In this document: piece by piece, positions 14,500 to 32,630 of the stretch
Layout of the letters: every line of letters starts with the position of its first letter
Numbering within the stretch: position 1 is the first letter of the stretch
From: the human T2T-CHM13v2.0 reference genome, Homo sapiens
NCBI RefSeq assembly: GCF_009914755.1
Contig: NC_060925.1
Length of the DNA stretch: 64,000 nucleotides
Direction: 5' to 3' (one strand)
Made by a program: the position numbers and the translations under genes
The notes under the pieces: generated by a model
What the model saw: only the letters and a program-made list of their open reading frames with translations
What the model was told of the DNA's origin: nothing
Databases searched by the model: none

Positions 14500-15480
14500 C
14501 CTCTTACATAGCCCCACAGGTGATTCTGAGGCCCACGCGGCCCGCTTCCCCTCCCTGCGTCAGGCCCGGCCCTAGCTCTGGAGGTGGTTGGATTGGTTCA
14601 AGGGCTGCAGCCCCACCTCGCGTCTTCCCACCGCGTCGGAGGACGTAGGCGCCTGGGATCCTGGAAGGCGGCCAGCCTCTGCAGCCGGGCCCAGCGGCTC
14701 CTGAGACTGGGGCGGACCTCACACCTGACCCCGGAGCGGCTAATCCTGCCCAACCGTCCCACCTGCCACGTGCCCTCGGGGCTGGAACGCGGCGCCCCGG
14801 GAGAGGCCTGCTGGTCAGGGGGCGCTGGTGCGCAGGCGCGCGGGGCCGCCGTCGCAGCTACCTTCCTGCGCCGATTCGGAGAGGGCCCCCTAATCTCTAC
14901 TCGGCCCGCACCAGCAGCGCTGGCGTCAGGGCGCGGTGGGGGCAAGACGGGTGACTGGCAGCAGGGCGGTGCCGGGCCGAGAAGGGCGCCTCACCTGGCG
15001 CCTCCTGCCTTCCTTTCCACCTCAGGTTGCAGAGAGCCGCCAGGGCAGGTGGAAGGGCCACGCCCCGCTCCCGTGAGGGTCACCGAGAGACGTTGGGGGT
15101 GGGGCAGGGACCCCAACCCTAGACCAGGTAGGGGGCGGGCGAAGATTGGTGGTACCTTCAGGTAAGAGGGAGCGGGGAGCGCCCCCTCGGCTTGGGGTGC
15201 CAGAGGTGTGCGGCGGGAGCGCCTTTTTTCGTGGGGCCCTCGCCCTGCAGGGCGGAGGCGGCATTGCGTTGGCCTTAGTTCCTAGTCCTGGTTCCCGAGG
15301 AGCCCCTGAAGGCTTCGGATGGGAAGTTTGCGTTGGAGTCCAACACCCGACAGGAACCCCAGTTAACGCCTCCGCATGGCCAGGGGCAGAGTTCTTGACA
15401 CCTGTAGCTTAATCAACGCAGGTGGAGATTCAGGGCTTGAATCGCCCGGCCACGCGCAAGCCGCAGGGCACCCTCATACT
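14500..15480 (+). promoter_or_regulatory. TDRD5: CpG-island promoter and non-coding first exon(s) of TDRD5
   Basis: GC/CpG-rich block just upstream of the ATG exon. Strong donor CAG|GTAAGA at 15161/15162. GC boxes, inverted CCAAT (14592, 15145), E-box CACGTG 14767-14772, NRF1-like TGCGCAGGCGCG 14829-14840. Confidence 0.85.
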
Positions 15481-15617
15481 ACTACTTCTGCCTTATTACC
15501 CTTAAAACTGGAGTCTCAGTTATTTGTATCCCACTATTGGTTTTTTTTTAAATCTTTTTTCGTGGGTTTGCCCCCTTTTCCTCAGCTGCGTTTCTGTCTT
15601 CAGTCCTGTAGGGCACA

Positions 15618-15849
15618 ATGTCTGAACAAGAGCGTATACAGGAATGTCTGCGGAAGGAAATAAGGTCACTTCTCATTTCCACCAAAGATGGTTTGAGCCC
15701 ACAGGAGTTGGAGAAGGAGTACCTTTTGATGGTTGGCAACCATCTACCACTCCGAATCCTTGGGTATCGGTCCACTATGGAGCTGGTATTGGACATGCCT
15801 GATGTTGTTCGTGTCTGCCCCGGTGCAGGTGGTACTGTAATACTGAAAG
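15618..15849 (+). CDS. TDRD5: TDRD5 exon 2 (first coding exon; LOTUS 1)
   Basis: ATG at 15618 after acceptor candidates (AG ending at 15585/15603/15611); MSEQ...GTVILK; donor AAG|gtaggt; 232 nt, phase 1. Confidence 0.95.
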
Positions 15850-16461
15850 GTAGGTTTAAGATTTTTGAAGGTCTATAAACTTTGTAATAAAAACAATTGC
15901 TTAGTAAATAATTATTCTAGTTCTGCAGTTATTATGCATCCCAGCCAGTGGATTTTAATTTGGTGGGGGAGGGAGACTCATAGGTGCTTTTGAGGTTGTG
16001 GGCAAAATTGGAACCTCTGCAAAATTAACAAACCATTCCCCCAAACAATCGTGCACTCACAAAAGCTACATTTTTACATATGATTTCAGGTTCTTGCACC
16101 TTAAGTCGAGAGAAACAAAAAAAGGACTTCTTAATTATAAAAACATGTTTTAAATTTCGTGAAGCACAAGAAAAAACTATTGTAGGGAAGTTTGCAGTTC
16201 ATCCCAAGAGTTTCAAAAAATCTGTCAGGGGTCAATTAGTTGTAATGATAATACATTGAGTTAACTTTTCTTCAGCTGGCAGGAGAGCTAGCAAGCTGTT
16301 GCCCAAAATGCAAGAAATCGAGGAACCAAGAGTTACTGTTTATCGTGCTGCCTGGATAAACAGCTCCTTGGAGAGTTAAAAACTGTATAAACACAGATAC
16401 TAAGGATAAAGAAGGGAGTAAGTTTTCCTCCTAAATATGATTTCTATTTTTCACGTCTCAG

Positions 16462-16869
16462 CCATTCCAGATGAATCTACCAAAGGAATAGCAAGCTTAG
16501 TTGCAAAACAGAGGAGCAGCCATAAGCTTCGAAACTCAATGCATAAGGGAAGACCTAGTATTTATTCTGGACCGAGATCTCATCGGCGAGTACCTTACCG
16601 AGGAAGGGTTGCCCCTATTCTTCCAGCTGTTGTGAAGAGTGAGTTGAAGGACCTGTTGGCGTTATCTCCTGTTCTTCTTTCTGATTTTGAAAAGGCATTT
16701 GCCAAAAGATTTGGACGATCATTCCAATACATGCAATATGGATTTCTCTCTATGTTTGAAGTGCTTAATGCGGCTTCAGATGTCATTTCTGTAGAGCAGA
16801 CCAGAGCAGGTTCTTTGTTGATGCTAAAGAAGAGTGTAACAGAGGAAAAGCCGAGAGGATGTCCAGCAG
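16462..16869 (+). CDS. TDRD5: TDRD5 exon 3 (LOTUS 2)
   Basis: tctcag|CCATTCCAG ... CCAGCAG|gtacgc; AIPDESTKG...KPRGCPA; 408 nt, phase 1-1. Confidence 0.95.
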
Positions 16870-16924
16870 GTACGCATGTGAGCAAATGTTGGAGCAGTCA
16901 TGGCACATAGAGGGGTGTGTAATC

Positions 16925-17150
16925 ACTAAGGTCTATGAGTTCGTTAGAGTTGAAGCCTGGCTCTACTACTTGCCAGCTGAGTGGTCTCAGGCGAACTGTT
17001 CAATCTACTTAAGCCTTAGTTTTCCTCATCTTTAAAATAGAAATAACAGTATTTCCCTCTCAGGGTTGTGTTGAGGACCTTACATGAGGTGAGTTCTGTA
17101 AAATCTCTGGCATTTAGTAAGCTGATAATAAGTGGTAGCTATTATTATTT
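16925..17150 (+). mobile_element. MIR
   Basis: GCCTTAGTTTTCCTCATCTTTAAAATAG core and TAGCTATTATTA end. Confidence 0.75.
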
Positions 17151-17329
17151 TAAAAACTACAAGATCAGCTCTCTCTAGAACACTGTAAATGAACTTTACA
17201 TGAATGTGTTCATATAAATAAGCTATATGGAAAATGAAAAGTTAAAATACTTAAATTATTAGCCTTAACCCTTCTAATCTTTGCCATCACTGGGGCTTAT
17301 CCTAGGAGACACTTTGGTAACTTTTGTGG

Positions 17330-17520
17330 TGTAATAATAACCACCTTATCTGTATAGCATTTTACCTTGCATTCTCATTACCATACTAGGTAGGGTAAGT
17401 AACTGTGTCTTATAGATAGGGAGATCAAAGCTAAGGAAAATTAAATGGCTTTTCTAAAGTCACATGGCTGGAAAAGTGGTACAGCTAGAGTTAGATACCC
17501 AGCTCTTATTGCTGCCCATC
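17330..17520 (-). mobile_element. MIR
   Basis: Reverse core ...AAGTCACATGGCTGGAAAAGTGGTACAGCTAG. Confidence 0.55.
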
Positions 17521-18629
17521 CAGTGAATTTCTGCCCAAATGCTGTGTCTATTAAAGGCTCAAGAGACCAGTGTGACCATCTGGATAGTATCTCCCTTGAC
17601 AATGTACAGTTTACACACTGAGCATAGGCGGAGCCTACTTGGGAGAATTCTATGCTTATTTCAGTGATTTTCTTTTTCTCCAACTTCTGCATTTAGATTA
17701 ACATAGGTGAACCAAGAGGATGTGTCACAAGTTTATAAACCAATATTTACACTGTGGTAGGTGATGTAGTTTGAGGATATGAGGATATACTTGGATAGGG
17801 AAGGCTCTGGAGGCCACTAAGTGTTTCAAGTCTAGCCCTCAACTTTATCAGTATTCTTGAAGTCCTAAAACTTGGGAAGACTAACTCATACTATTACACT
17901 TGCAAGAGATTGAGTTGTAGAAAGCACTTTACCAATTTATTGAATAGTGGGGGGTGAATATTCCTTTCCAGTGATTTTGTTCATGTTCTCCATCCATGGT
18001 TCCTACTTCTGTCATCAGGATATCTTGAAGTCAACTGTTGTTTTTTTGTTTTTTGTTTTTGTTTTTTTTTGGTGAACTTGACCTTAGGGTAAAGGAAGAG
18101 CTAGGCTGTGGTGAAGTCTGGTGATGTATCTTTCATGTCATGCAACAGAATACACCTCTCCAGTGGTATTCCCCCTTCCTACAAATCTTGAAGAATTTAT
18201 ATTTTATATTTTATTCTGTAGCTTTTCATCCTCCCAGAACTGTGGTACTACTACTAGTGGTTATCCAGTTTGAAAAGCATAGTGCTAAGCAGGCTCCTTG
18301 GAGACTTTTTTGTCTCCTAAATGGGATACAGCTTTTTACATATTGAATCCCACCTCTCTATAATTAGATTCAGGTGACCTTAAGTGGACTTTTAGATAGC
18401 CCCAAGCTTTTGGTAACACTTAATGATCTCTGTCTTCCTCTATGGATGACTAATAACTTACACTATATGTAAGTTTTGGCTTGATGTAAAAATGTCAGCT
18501 TTCTTTTCTTAATTTTTGCTTCTAAGTTGAAGGCAGTTAGCTCACAGTAGCCTCTGTATGTAGCCACCGGAAAATGAAATAGAAGTTGCTAGTGACAATT
18601 TTTCTTTCTTCTTCTATTACTCACAAAAG

Positions 18630-18820
18630 GTAAAATTTTTACCCAGCCATTTAGAATGAAACAAGGGTCATACTCCACAGGCTTTCCGGTAGCAAAGCCA
18701 TGCTTTTCACAACCCACTTCAAACATGGAACCACCGAAGCAAATAATGAGCATGGAAAAGACTTCCAAGTTAAATGTAGTGGAGACTTCAAGACTGAATC
18801 ACACTGAAAAATTAAACCAG
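18630..18820 (+). CDS. TDRD5: TDRD5 exon 4
   Basis: caaaag|GTAAAATTT ... AACCAG|gtgaga; [13 protein letters not shown]...EKLNQ; 191 nt, phase 1-0. Confidence 0.92.
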
Positions 18821-20301
18821 GTGAGAGATAAGAATTTGGAGATATAAATATACGATGTTTTTAAATTCAGTGGTGTTAACACTTTGATCTGATGGAAAAG
18901 TTGACCTTTTAAAAACTGAAGTCATTCACTTATTTCAAATTTGACTAAGCATTTCCTATGGTTCTGTAGATTAGTAAGAAGTGAGAAGTGGAGTGAAAGA
19001 AGAGTACAATTTTATCAACTCCACAGTTTCCACTATTTTCTGCAAATGACTCCCAACTCCCAAATCTGTATCTCTAGTTCCAGTTCCTCACCAAAGTTAC
19101 AGAAGCATATTTGCAATTTACCTCACAAATATCTTCTGAATGGCTGTCCCTGAGCATAATAATCCTGGTATTTTTCTGTGACTGTAATGCTGAAGGACTT
19201 TGAATAAAAACTATTAGAATATAACCAATAAATGCCTGACTAAATCATCATGTTAACAACTTAAGTTAGAGCTCAGAATGAGCACGTGGAAATTAAGTTC
19301 AAAACATGAAAATGCCTGATTTCTACTAAAATTAGCTTTAGTAACATAATTTACATGTAGTAAAATTTACTCATTTTAAGTGCACAGTTCGAGTTTTGAT
19401 TAATATATAATTATACAATCACCATCAAAATAAAAAACAGAACATTTCCATCATCCCCAAAAAAGCTCCTTCATGCCACTTTGTAGTTTCTTTCCCCAAC
19501 TGCAGCCACAGACAACCACTGCTTTCTATGATTTTGGCTTTCCAGGAATTTCATATAAATGGAATCAAACAATATCTAATCTTTTGTGTTTGGCTTCTTT
19601 AACTTAGTAGAATACTTCTGAGGTTTATCCAAGATGTATATATCAGTAATTTGTTCCTTTTTCTTGTTTAGTGTTAGTCCATTATACAGATACACGTAAA
19701 TTTGTTATACCTTCCCCATTAGATGACATTTGGGTTATTTCCTCTTTGGTCCTTTACTTATAAAGCCACTGTCATTATTTGCATACATCTTGTATGGCCA
19801 TAGTTCATTTCTCTTGTGTAAATACCTGGGGGTTGGATTACTGCATCATATAGTAAGTGTATGTTGATAAGAAATTACCATTGTTTTCCAAAGTGGCTGT
19901 ATGACTTTCCTTTCCCATTAGATATGTATGAGAGTTGTAGTTGTTACACATCTTTGTTAACATTTGGGATTGTCAGTTTTAAAAATATTAGCCATTTGAG
20001 TGGGTGTGTAGTGCTATCTCATGGTTTTAAGTTGGATCATAATAATCTAATGATAATGTTGAGCATCTTTTCACATGCGTGTTTGCCATTTGTATTTCCT
20101 TTTTGAAGTGTCTATTCAAATATTTTGCCCATTTTATAAAACTGTGTTGTCATTGTATTGAATTGGAAAAATTTACATATTCTAGATGTAAGTCCTTATC
20201 AGAGGCGTGTTTTGTAAATATTTTCTCCTGGCCGATGTTTGCTTCTTCATTTCCTTAATCCTGTCTGTTGTGGAAAAGTCTTTAATTTTGATACAGTCTA
20301 A

Positions 20302-20631
<330 letters not shown>

Positions 20632-20958
20632 CATATTTTTCTTTTATTCTTGCCTATCTAATGGATTTTAATCGAAGTTACAAGTTTTTCTCCTACGTTT
20701 TTCTTGAAGTTTTATGTTTTCAGTTCTTATATTTAGGTATATTATCCATTTCAAGCCAGATTTGCCTAAGGTACCAGGCATGGATCAAAGTTTTCTGCAT
20801 ATAGACAGTTATTCCTTATTAATTTGGCACCTCCATTCACCTCACACATGTGTAGTTCTATTTTGAGACTCTGTTCAGGTCCATTTATCTACATTTCTGT
20901 TTTTGCCAATACTGTACTATCTTTATTCCTGTAGCTTTATAATATCTTTGTCATATAT

Positions 20959-21291
20959 AGTCCTGTGTCAATGACAGGGATATGATCTGAGAAGTGTGTT
21001 GTTAGGTGATTTTATCATTGTATGATCATCATAGAATGCAGTTACATAAACCTAGGTGGTATATAGCCTACTACACACCTAGGCTATATGGTATAGCCTA
21101 TTGCTCATAGGCTACAAACCATTATAGCATGTTATTGGACTGAATGCTGTAGGCAGTTGTAACACAACGGGGTATTTGTGTATCTAAACATAGAAAAGGT
21201 ACAGAAAAAATACAGTATTATAATCTTGTGGGACCACCATCATACAGGTGGTCTATTGTTGACCATAAGTCATAATGCAGCCCATGACTGT
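20959..21291. mobile_element. Tigger3a/MER7-type DNA transposon
   Basis: CTACTACACACCTAGGCTATATGGTATAGCCTATTGCTC core; ends CATGACTG|TA. Confidence 0.8.
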
Positions 21292-22744
21292 AGTTAAGTC
21301 TTGCAACTTTGTTATTTTTCAAAAGTGCTTTGGATATTCTAGGTTTGCATTTGCAGATACATTTAATTTGATACAAATCAACTTGTCAGTTTCTGCCAGA
21401 AATAAATAAGATTGTGATCTTCATTAGAATCACATTGGATCTATAGATATGTTTGGGGGGAAAATGACATCTTAACAGTATCAAGTCTGCTGATTCAAAA
21501 GCATGGTATATCTTCATTTATTTAGGTCTTTACATTCTCTCAGCAATGTTTTATAGTTTTCAATGCATAAAGCTTGCGCATATTTTGTTAAACTTATCCT
21601 TTACACCTTTCATATTTTTTAGCTATTATAAATGGTATTTAAAATTTCTAATCATTGCTAATAGAAAATCAATTGGTTTTTTTTTTTTGGGTATGTTGAC
21701 CTTGTATCCTGTGACCTTGAGTCATGGTACTTGATAAACTCAGTTCTGTAATTCAAATCATTCTAGCAGCTATTTTGTAGAGTTTGGATTTTCTGCATAG
21801 ACCGTCATGCCATCTGAGAGTAAAGACAGTTTTACTTCCTCCTTTTCAATCTATCTGCCTTTCCTCCAACCCTTACCACACAGTGTAGGCTCTCTAGTAT
21901 TATATAATATTATATAAATGTGAGAGTGGAAAATCTTGACTTGTTCCTAACTATATGGGGAAAATATTCAGTCTTTCATAATTATGATATTAACTGTAGC
22001 TTTTTAGATGCCTTTTATCAGGTTGAGAAAATTCCCTCCTATTCCTAGTTTCTCAGAATTTTTTTCCTGAATGTATGTTGAATTTTGTCATGTTCTTTCT
22101 CCATACATTGAAATTATTATAGGACTTTTGTTTTTTAAAAATTTCTTTTCTTGGTTTTATATTCAGCCAACCTTATATTTCTGGATGAATCCTGCTTGGT
22201 CATCATATAGTATCCTTTTTATATGTTGCTACCTTCAGTTTGCTAATATTTTAAGGGTTTTGCATTTATGTTTATAAGATATATTCTGTAGTTTTCTTGT
22301 AATGCTTTTATCTGGTTTTGGAATCATTTTAATACAGGCCTCTTGTGAAAGGAGTTGGGAAGTTTTTTTCCACCTCTTTATTCTGAAAGAGTTTGTGTAG
22401 CATTGGTATTTGTTTTTCTTAAATATTTCATAGGATTTATCAGTGAACCAAATTGGAGCTTTCTTTGCAGAAAGGTTTTAAACAACAAATTCAGTTTCTT
22501 TAACAGATATAGGGCTATTTTGTATTTTATGCTTTCTTTTTTTTTTTTTAAATGAGCCTTGGTACCTTGTCTTTCGAGGTGCTGTCCATTTCATCTAGGT
22601 TGTCAAATTTATTGAAATAAAGTTGTTCATAATGTTCTCCCAGTAACATTTTAAGGTCTTTAGGGTCTGTGATGCTTGCTCTTTATCTGTCTCTGTCTCT
22701 CTCATACACATATCAGTCTCACTAAAGATTTATTCACTTATACA

Positions 22745-23573
22745 CAGTCATGCACCACATAATGACACTTGTGTCAACAAGACTGCATGTGCAACAGTAG
22801 TTCCACAAAATTATAACAGAACTGGAAAATTCCTGCCACCTGGTGGTGATGTAGCTGTTGTAACAACATAGTGCAATGCAACACTTACATTTGTGGTGAC
22901 AGTCATATATATAGCACAATTATGTACAATACATAATAGTTGATAATGACAATCAACAACCATGTTATGGGTTTGTGTTTTTACTGTACTTTGTACCATT
23001 ATTTTAGAGTGCACTCCTTACTAAAAAAATTAATTGTAAAACAGCTTCAGGCATTTCCTTCAGGAAGTATTCCAGAAGGAAGGCATTGTTATCATAGGTG
23101 ATGACAGCTCCATGCATATTATTGTCCCTGAACACCTTACCACATGACAAGATAAATTTAGTATAGCCTAAGTGTATGATGTTTATAAAGTCTACAGTAG
23201 TGTACAATAATGTCGTAGGCCTACACATTCACCACCCACTCACCCAGAGCAACGTACAACCCTGCAAGCTCCATTTATGGTAAGTACTTTATACAGATGT
23301 GCCATTTTATCTTTTATACTGTATTTTTACTGTACCTCTTGTGTTTAGATACACAAATGCTACTGTGTTACAGTTACCTATAGTATTCAGTACAGTAACA
23401 TGCTGTACAGGTTTGTAGCCTAGGAGCAATAAGCTGTACCATATATCCTAGGTGTGTAGTAAGGTTATACCATCTAGGTCTGTGTTACGTACATTCTATG
23501 TTTGTACAACAATGAAATCACCTAATAATGCATTTCTCAGAATGTATCCCCATTGTTAAAAGATGCATGGCTG
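22745..23573. mobile_element. Tigger3b-type DNA transposon
   Basis: CAGTCATGCACCACATAATGAC ... ATGCATGGCTG|TA terminal inverted repeats; opposite orientation to the copy at 20959. Confidence 0.8.
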
Positions 23574-24244
23574 TATTTTTCAAAGAACAAGTTTTTAGTT
23601 TTGATAATTTTTTTTATTTTTCCACTTTTTATTTCATTGATTTCTGTTCTCATTGTTTTGTAACTTCTGTTTACTTTGGGTTAATTTCCTCTTTGCTCTT
23701 AAGGTAGAAGTTTGGTCATTGATTTTGCTCCCTTTTTAATGTAAACATTTAAGGTTATAAATTTCTTCTAAGTATTGCTATAGCTACATCTCCCAAACTT
23801 TGATATGAAATTCAAATTTGATAGGAAAACTCATTTTCAGGTCAAAATTTACTAATCTCCCTTTTGGTTTTTTCTTTGTATCATGGATTATTTAGAAGTG
23901 TGTTGTTTAATATCCAAATATTTGGGGATTTTTTTCAGAGATGTTTCTGTTCGAATTTCATTGTGGTCCAACAACATAGATTTCATTCCTTATATATTTA
24001 TTGAGACTCATATGGCTCAGAATATGTTTATCTAGGTAAATGTTTCATAATTCACTTCAAAAGAATATGTATTTTGCTATATTTGAGTATAATATTCTAT
24101 AAATGTCAATTAAGTCAGTTATGTCATTGATTTCTTTTTAACTTTTTTAATGAACTACTGAGGGAGGAGTATTGAAATTTTCAAACATAATTATAGATTT
24201 GTCTATTTTACCTTTTAGTTCAGTTGGTTTATGGTTTGGCTATT

Positions 24245-28494
<4,250 letters not shown>

Positions 28495-30500
28495 GGAGGG
28501 TTTGCTCTTGGTGTTGTACATTCTGCAGGTTTTGACAAATATGTAATGACATATATCCACTATTGTAGTGTCATACTGAATAGTTGCACTCCCCTAAAAG
28601 TCCTCTGTGCTTGCGCCTGTTCATCTGTCTCGTCTCTTAATCCCATGGTAACCACTGATCTTTTTACTGTCACTATAGTTTTGCTTTTTCCAGAGAGTCA
28701 TATAGTTGGACTTCTACAGCATGTAGCCTTTCAGATTGGGTTCTTTCACTTAGTAATATGCATTTAAGGTTCCTTTATGTCTTTTCATGGCTTTATAATG
28801 CATTTCTTCTTGGCACTGAGTAATATTCCATTGTCTGGTACCACAGTTTATCCACTTGTACTGAAGGACGTCTTGCTTGTTTCCTCATAAAGTTGCTATA
28901 AACGTGTGTGGGTTTTTTGTGTGGATAGCAGTTTTCAATTCATTTGGGTAAATACTAAGGAGTACAGTTGCTAAATTGTCAGATAAAGATATGTTTGTTT
29001 TTATAGGAAACTGCTAAACTGCCTTCCAAAGTGGTGGTACCATTTTGCATTCTCACCAGTGATGAGTGAATGTTTCTGTTGTTCCCCATTGCTGGTCAGC
29101 ATTTGGTGTTGCTAGTGTTTTAGATTTTGGCCATTCTAATACTGTATAGTGATATTTTATTGCTGTTTTAATTTGAAATCCCCTCATGACATGATATTGA
29201 ACATCTTTTCGTATGCTTACTTGCCATCTGGTATATCTTCTTTAGTGAGAGGTCTGTTCAGGTATTTTGCCCATTTTTTAAAAATTGGATTGTTTCTTAT
29301 TGCTGAGTTTTAAGAGTTCTTTGTTTTGTTTTGTTTTTAATAATAGTCTTTTATCAGATGTGTCTTGCAAATATTTTCTTCTATTCTGTGGCTTATTTCT
29401 CAGTCTTTTGACTTGTCTTACAGAGAAGTAGTTTTTAATCTTAAGACCAGGCAATCAATTATTTCTTTCATGTATTGTGCCTTTGGTGTTGTTTCTAGAA
29501 ACTCATCGCCTTATCCAAAGTCAGCTAGTGTTATCTTATGTTATCTTCAAAGAGTTTTATAGTTTTGAATTTCACATTTAGGTCTATGATCCATTTTAAG
29601 TTAATGTTTGTGAAGGGTGTAAGGTCTAGATATGTGTGTGTGGGGTCGTTTTTGTGGGTTTTTTTGCAAGTGGATGTTCAATTCTAGTACCATTTGTGAA
29701 AAGACTATGTTTGATTCATTGGTTGCTTTTGCTCCTTTATCAAAGATCAGTTCACTGTATTTATGTGAGTCTATGTCTAGGTTCTCTAGTCTGTTCCACT
29801 GGTCTATTTGTTCTTTCACCAGTACCACACTATTTGGTTACTGTAGCTTTTTCAATAAGTCTTGAAGTTGGGTAGTGTCAATCCTCTGGCTTTATTCTTC
29901 AATATTTTGTTGGCTATTCTGGATCTTTTGCCTCCTATATAAACTTCAGAATCAGTTTGTTGATATTCACAAAATTACTTGCTGAGATTTTGTTTGGGAT
30001 TGAATAGAATCTATAAATCAAGTTGGGAAGAGCTAACATCTGGACAATATTGAGTTTTTCTATCCATGAACATGGAATAATTATCCGTTTATTTCTTCTT
30101 TGATATCTTTCATCAGAGTTTTGTAGTATTCCTCATACAGATCTTGTACATATTTTTTTAGATTTATACTTAAGTATTATATTTGGGGGAGTGCTAATGT
30201 AAATAGTATTTTTTAAATTTCAAATTTCACTTATTACTGGAATATAGGAAAATGATTGACTTTTGTACATTCACCTTGCATCCTGCAACCTTGCTATAAT
30301 TGCTAATTAGTTCCAGGAGTTTTTAAAAAATTCTGTCCTATTTTCTACATAGATGATGTGATCTGTGAATAAAGGACAGTTTTATTTCTTCCTTCCCAGT
30401 CTGTTTGTTTCATTTCCTTTTCTTGACTTACTGCATTTGCTAGGACTCCAGCAAGATGTTGCAAAGCAGTGGGAGGGAACACTCTTTGCCTTGTACCTGG
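28495..30500 (-). mobile_element. L1MC/MD-type LINE-1 fragment
   Basis: CTCTTGGTGTTGTACATTCT...GACAAAT 3' signature; ORF2 remnant EQIDQWNRLENLDID. Confidence 0.75.
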
Positions 30501-31917
30501 TTAAGTGTTTTTTTTAGGATTCCACTTTATCTTTTTTATTATCTATATTTTTCTGTTTTATATTTTTAGTGGATGCCTTAGGGTTTTCAACCTATATTTT
30601 TAACTTATCACAATTGACCTGCATATAATATTATAACATTTCATATAAAATGTAAGAACCTCGGGACAGTAAATTTACATTTCCCCTCTTCCATCCTTTG
30701 TGCTCTTATTGTGATACATTTTAGTTCTCATTTTATATACCTCTTAATACATTGTTATTTTTGCTTAGAAAATGTTTAAGGTAAATAGAAATATTTATTT
30801 TAATACTAAAATATTAAAAACATAAAAGTCAAATTTTAAGAGATTAAAAATGAAAAAAACTTGTTTACTTACACTTATTTCTGATGCTCTCCAATTCTTT
30901 CTGTTTAAATTTCTCTCCAGTATAATTTTCTTTCTGCTTGGAAAATTTTAACATATCCTGTAAGATAAATCTGCTAGTGGTGTATATTCTTAGCTTTTAT
31001 TCATCTGAAAAAGTCTATTTGTCATTTTCATTTTGAAATATTATTTTTCCAGGTATAGAATTCTATCTGGTGTGATAGTTTTTGCCCCCTTTTAGTGCTT
31101 CAGAGATGTTATTCCATTTTTTTGTCTTCGTAGTTTCTGACAATGTCTGTAATAATTCTTATCTTTGTTCTGTACATAATGTGTTTTTTCCCTCTGATGC
31201 TTTCAGGATTTTCTCTTTGTTTGGTTTTCCACAGTTTGATTGTAGTATCCCTTGTTGTACTTTTCTTTATTTTTTTTCTGCATGAGATTCATTGAGCTTC
31301 TTATATCATTGAGCTTCTTGTATGTGGGTTTATAATTTTCATGAAATCTAGAAATTTTGTCTTCAAATATTTTTCTCTCCTCTTTTGGAGTACAATCACA
31401 TCTATTTTAGACTGCTTGTTATTTTCTTGCAGGTCACTGACACTCTTTCATTACAATTCTCTTTTTTCCCCACTGTGTGCTTCATTTTATATAGTTTCAA
31501 TTGCTGTCTTCAAACTGGTTAATCTTTTCTCCAGAATGTAACCTAATTCCATCCAGATTATTTTTCATTCAGATGTTGCATTTTTAATCTTCAGGTATTC
31601 CACGTGGGTCTTTTTAATATACTCATTTCTTCTATTCATTATGTTAATAATTTCTTTATGGACATAAGCATATGTATAAGGTTTGTAATAACTGTTTTAG
31701 AGGGCTTGTCTAGTTTTATTATCTGTGCCATTTCTGTTTTTTTTTTCCTATTGATTTTTTTCCCTAACATGATCATATTCTACCACTTCACATGGCTGGT
31801 AACTTCTGACTGGATGCTAGACCATTGTGAATATTTCATTGTTGGGCTTTACATATAAATTACTTTGACTCAATTTGATCATTTTGAGTTTTTCTTTTAA
31901 GCTGTATTAGAGTGGGT

Positions 31918-32630
31918 ATTATAGACTTAATTATGTTCTCCCTATATTTATATATTTAAGCCCCAGCCTCCAATATGATGATATTAGGAGATGGGGTCTT
32001 TAGGAAGTAATTAAAGTTAGATTAGGTTATGAAGGTGGGGTCCTTATGATGGGATGAATAGCTTATAAGAAGAGACACTAGAGAGTTTGCTCTCTCCACG
32101 GGAACACCCTGAGAAAAGGCCATATAAGTACACAGCAAGAAGGTGGCCATCAAAGAGAGTGCTCACCAGGAACCAAATTGGGTAGTACAGGTCAAATATC
32201 CCTTATCTGAAATGCTTGGTTGAGTATCCCTTATCTGAATATTTGCATGTACATAATGAGATATCTTGGAGATGGGATCCCAGTCTAAATATGAAATTCA
32301 TATATGTTTCATATATACCTTATACACATAAGCTGAAGGCAATTTTATACAATATTTTAGATAATTTTGTGCATGAAACAAAGTCTTGACTGTGTTTTGA
32401 CTGTGACTCATCACATAAAGTCAGGTATGGGATTTTCCACTTGTGGCATCGTGTTGGCATTGAAAGATTGGGATTTGGGAGCATTTCAAATTTCAGATTT
32501 TTGGATTTGTGATGTTCAACCTATGCCTTAATCTTGGACTTCCCAGCCTCCAGAACTGTAAGAAAAATTCTGTCATTTAAGCCACCCAGTCTATGGTATT
32601 TTGTTATGGCAGCCTGAGCAGACCAAGACC
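31918..32630 (+). mobile_element. MaLR solo LTR (MLT1A-like) split by Tigger4
   Basis: ATCTTGGACTTCCCAGCCTCCAGAACTGT...AAGCCACCCAGTCTATGGTATTTTGTTATGGCAGCC. Confidence 0.8.
32189..32523. mobile_element. Tigger4/Zombi (MER46) DNA transposon
   Basis: CAGGT...TATCCCTTATCTGAAATGCTTGG start and GATGTTCAACCT end. Confidence 0.8.

Noticed and set aside
14457-15663. Overlapping 60-190 aa ORFs on both strands of the TDRD5 CpG island
   Set aside because: Pro/Gly/Arg/Ala-rich frames are expected from stop-codon scarcity in GC-rich DNA; mostly non-ATG starts and no recognisable domain.
21050-21115. Quasi-palindromic CCTAGG/TATAGCCTA cluster
   Set aside because: Intrinsic to the Tigger3/MER7 consensus.
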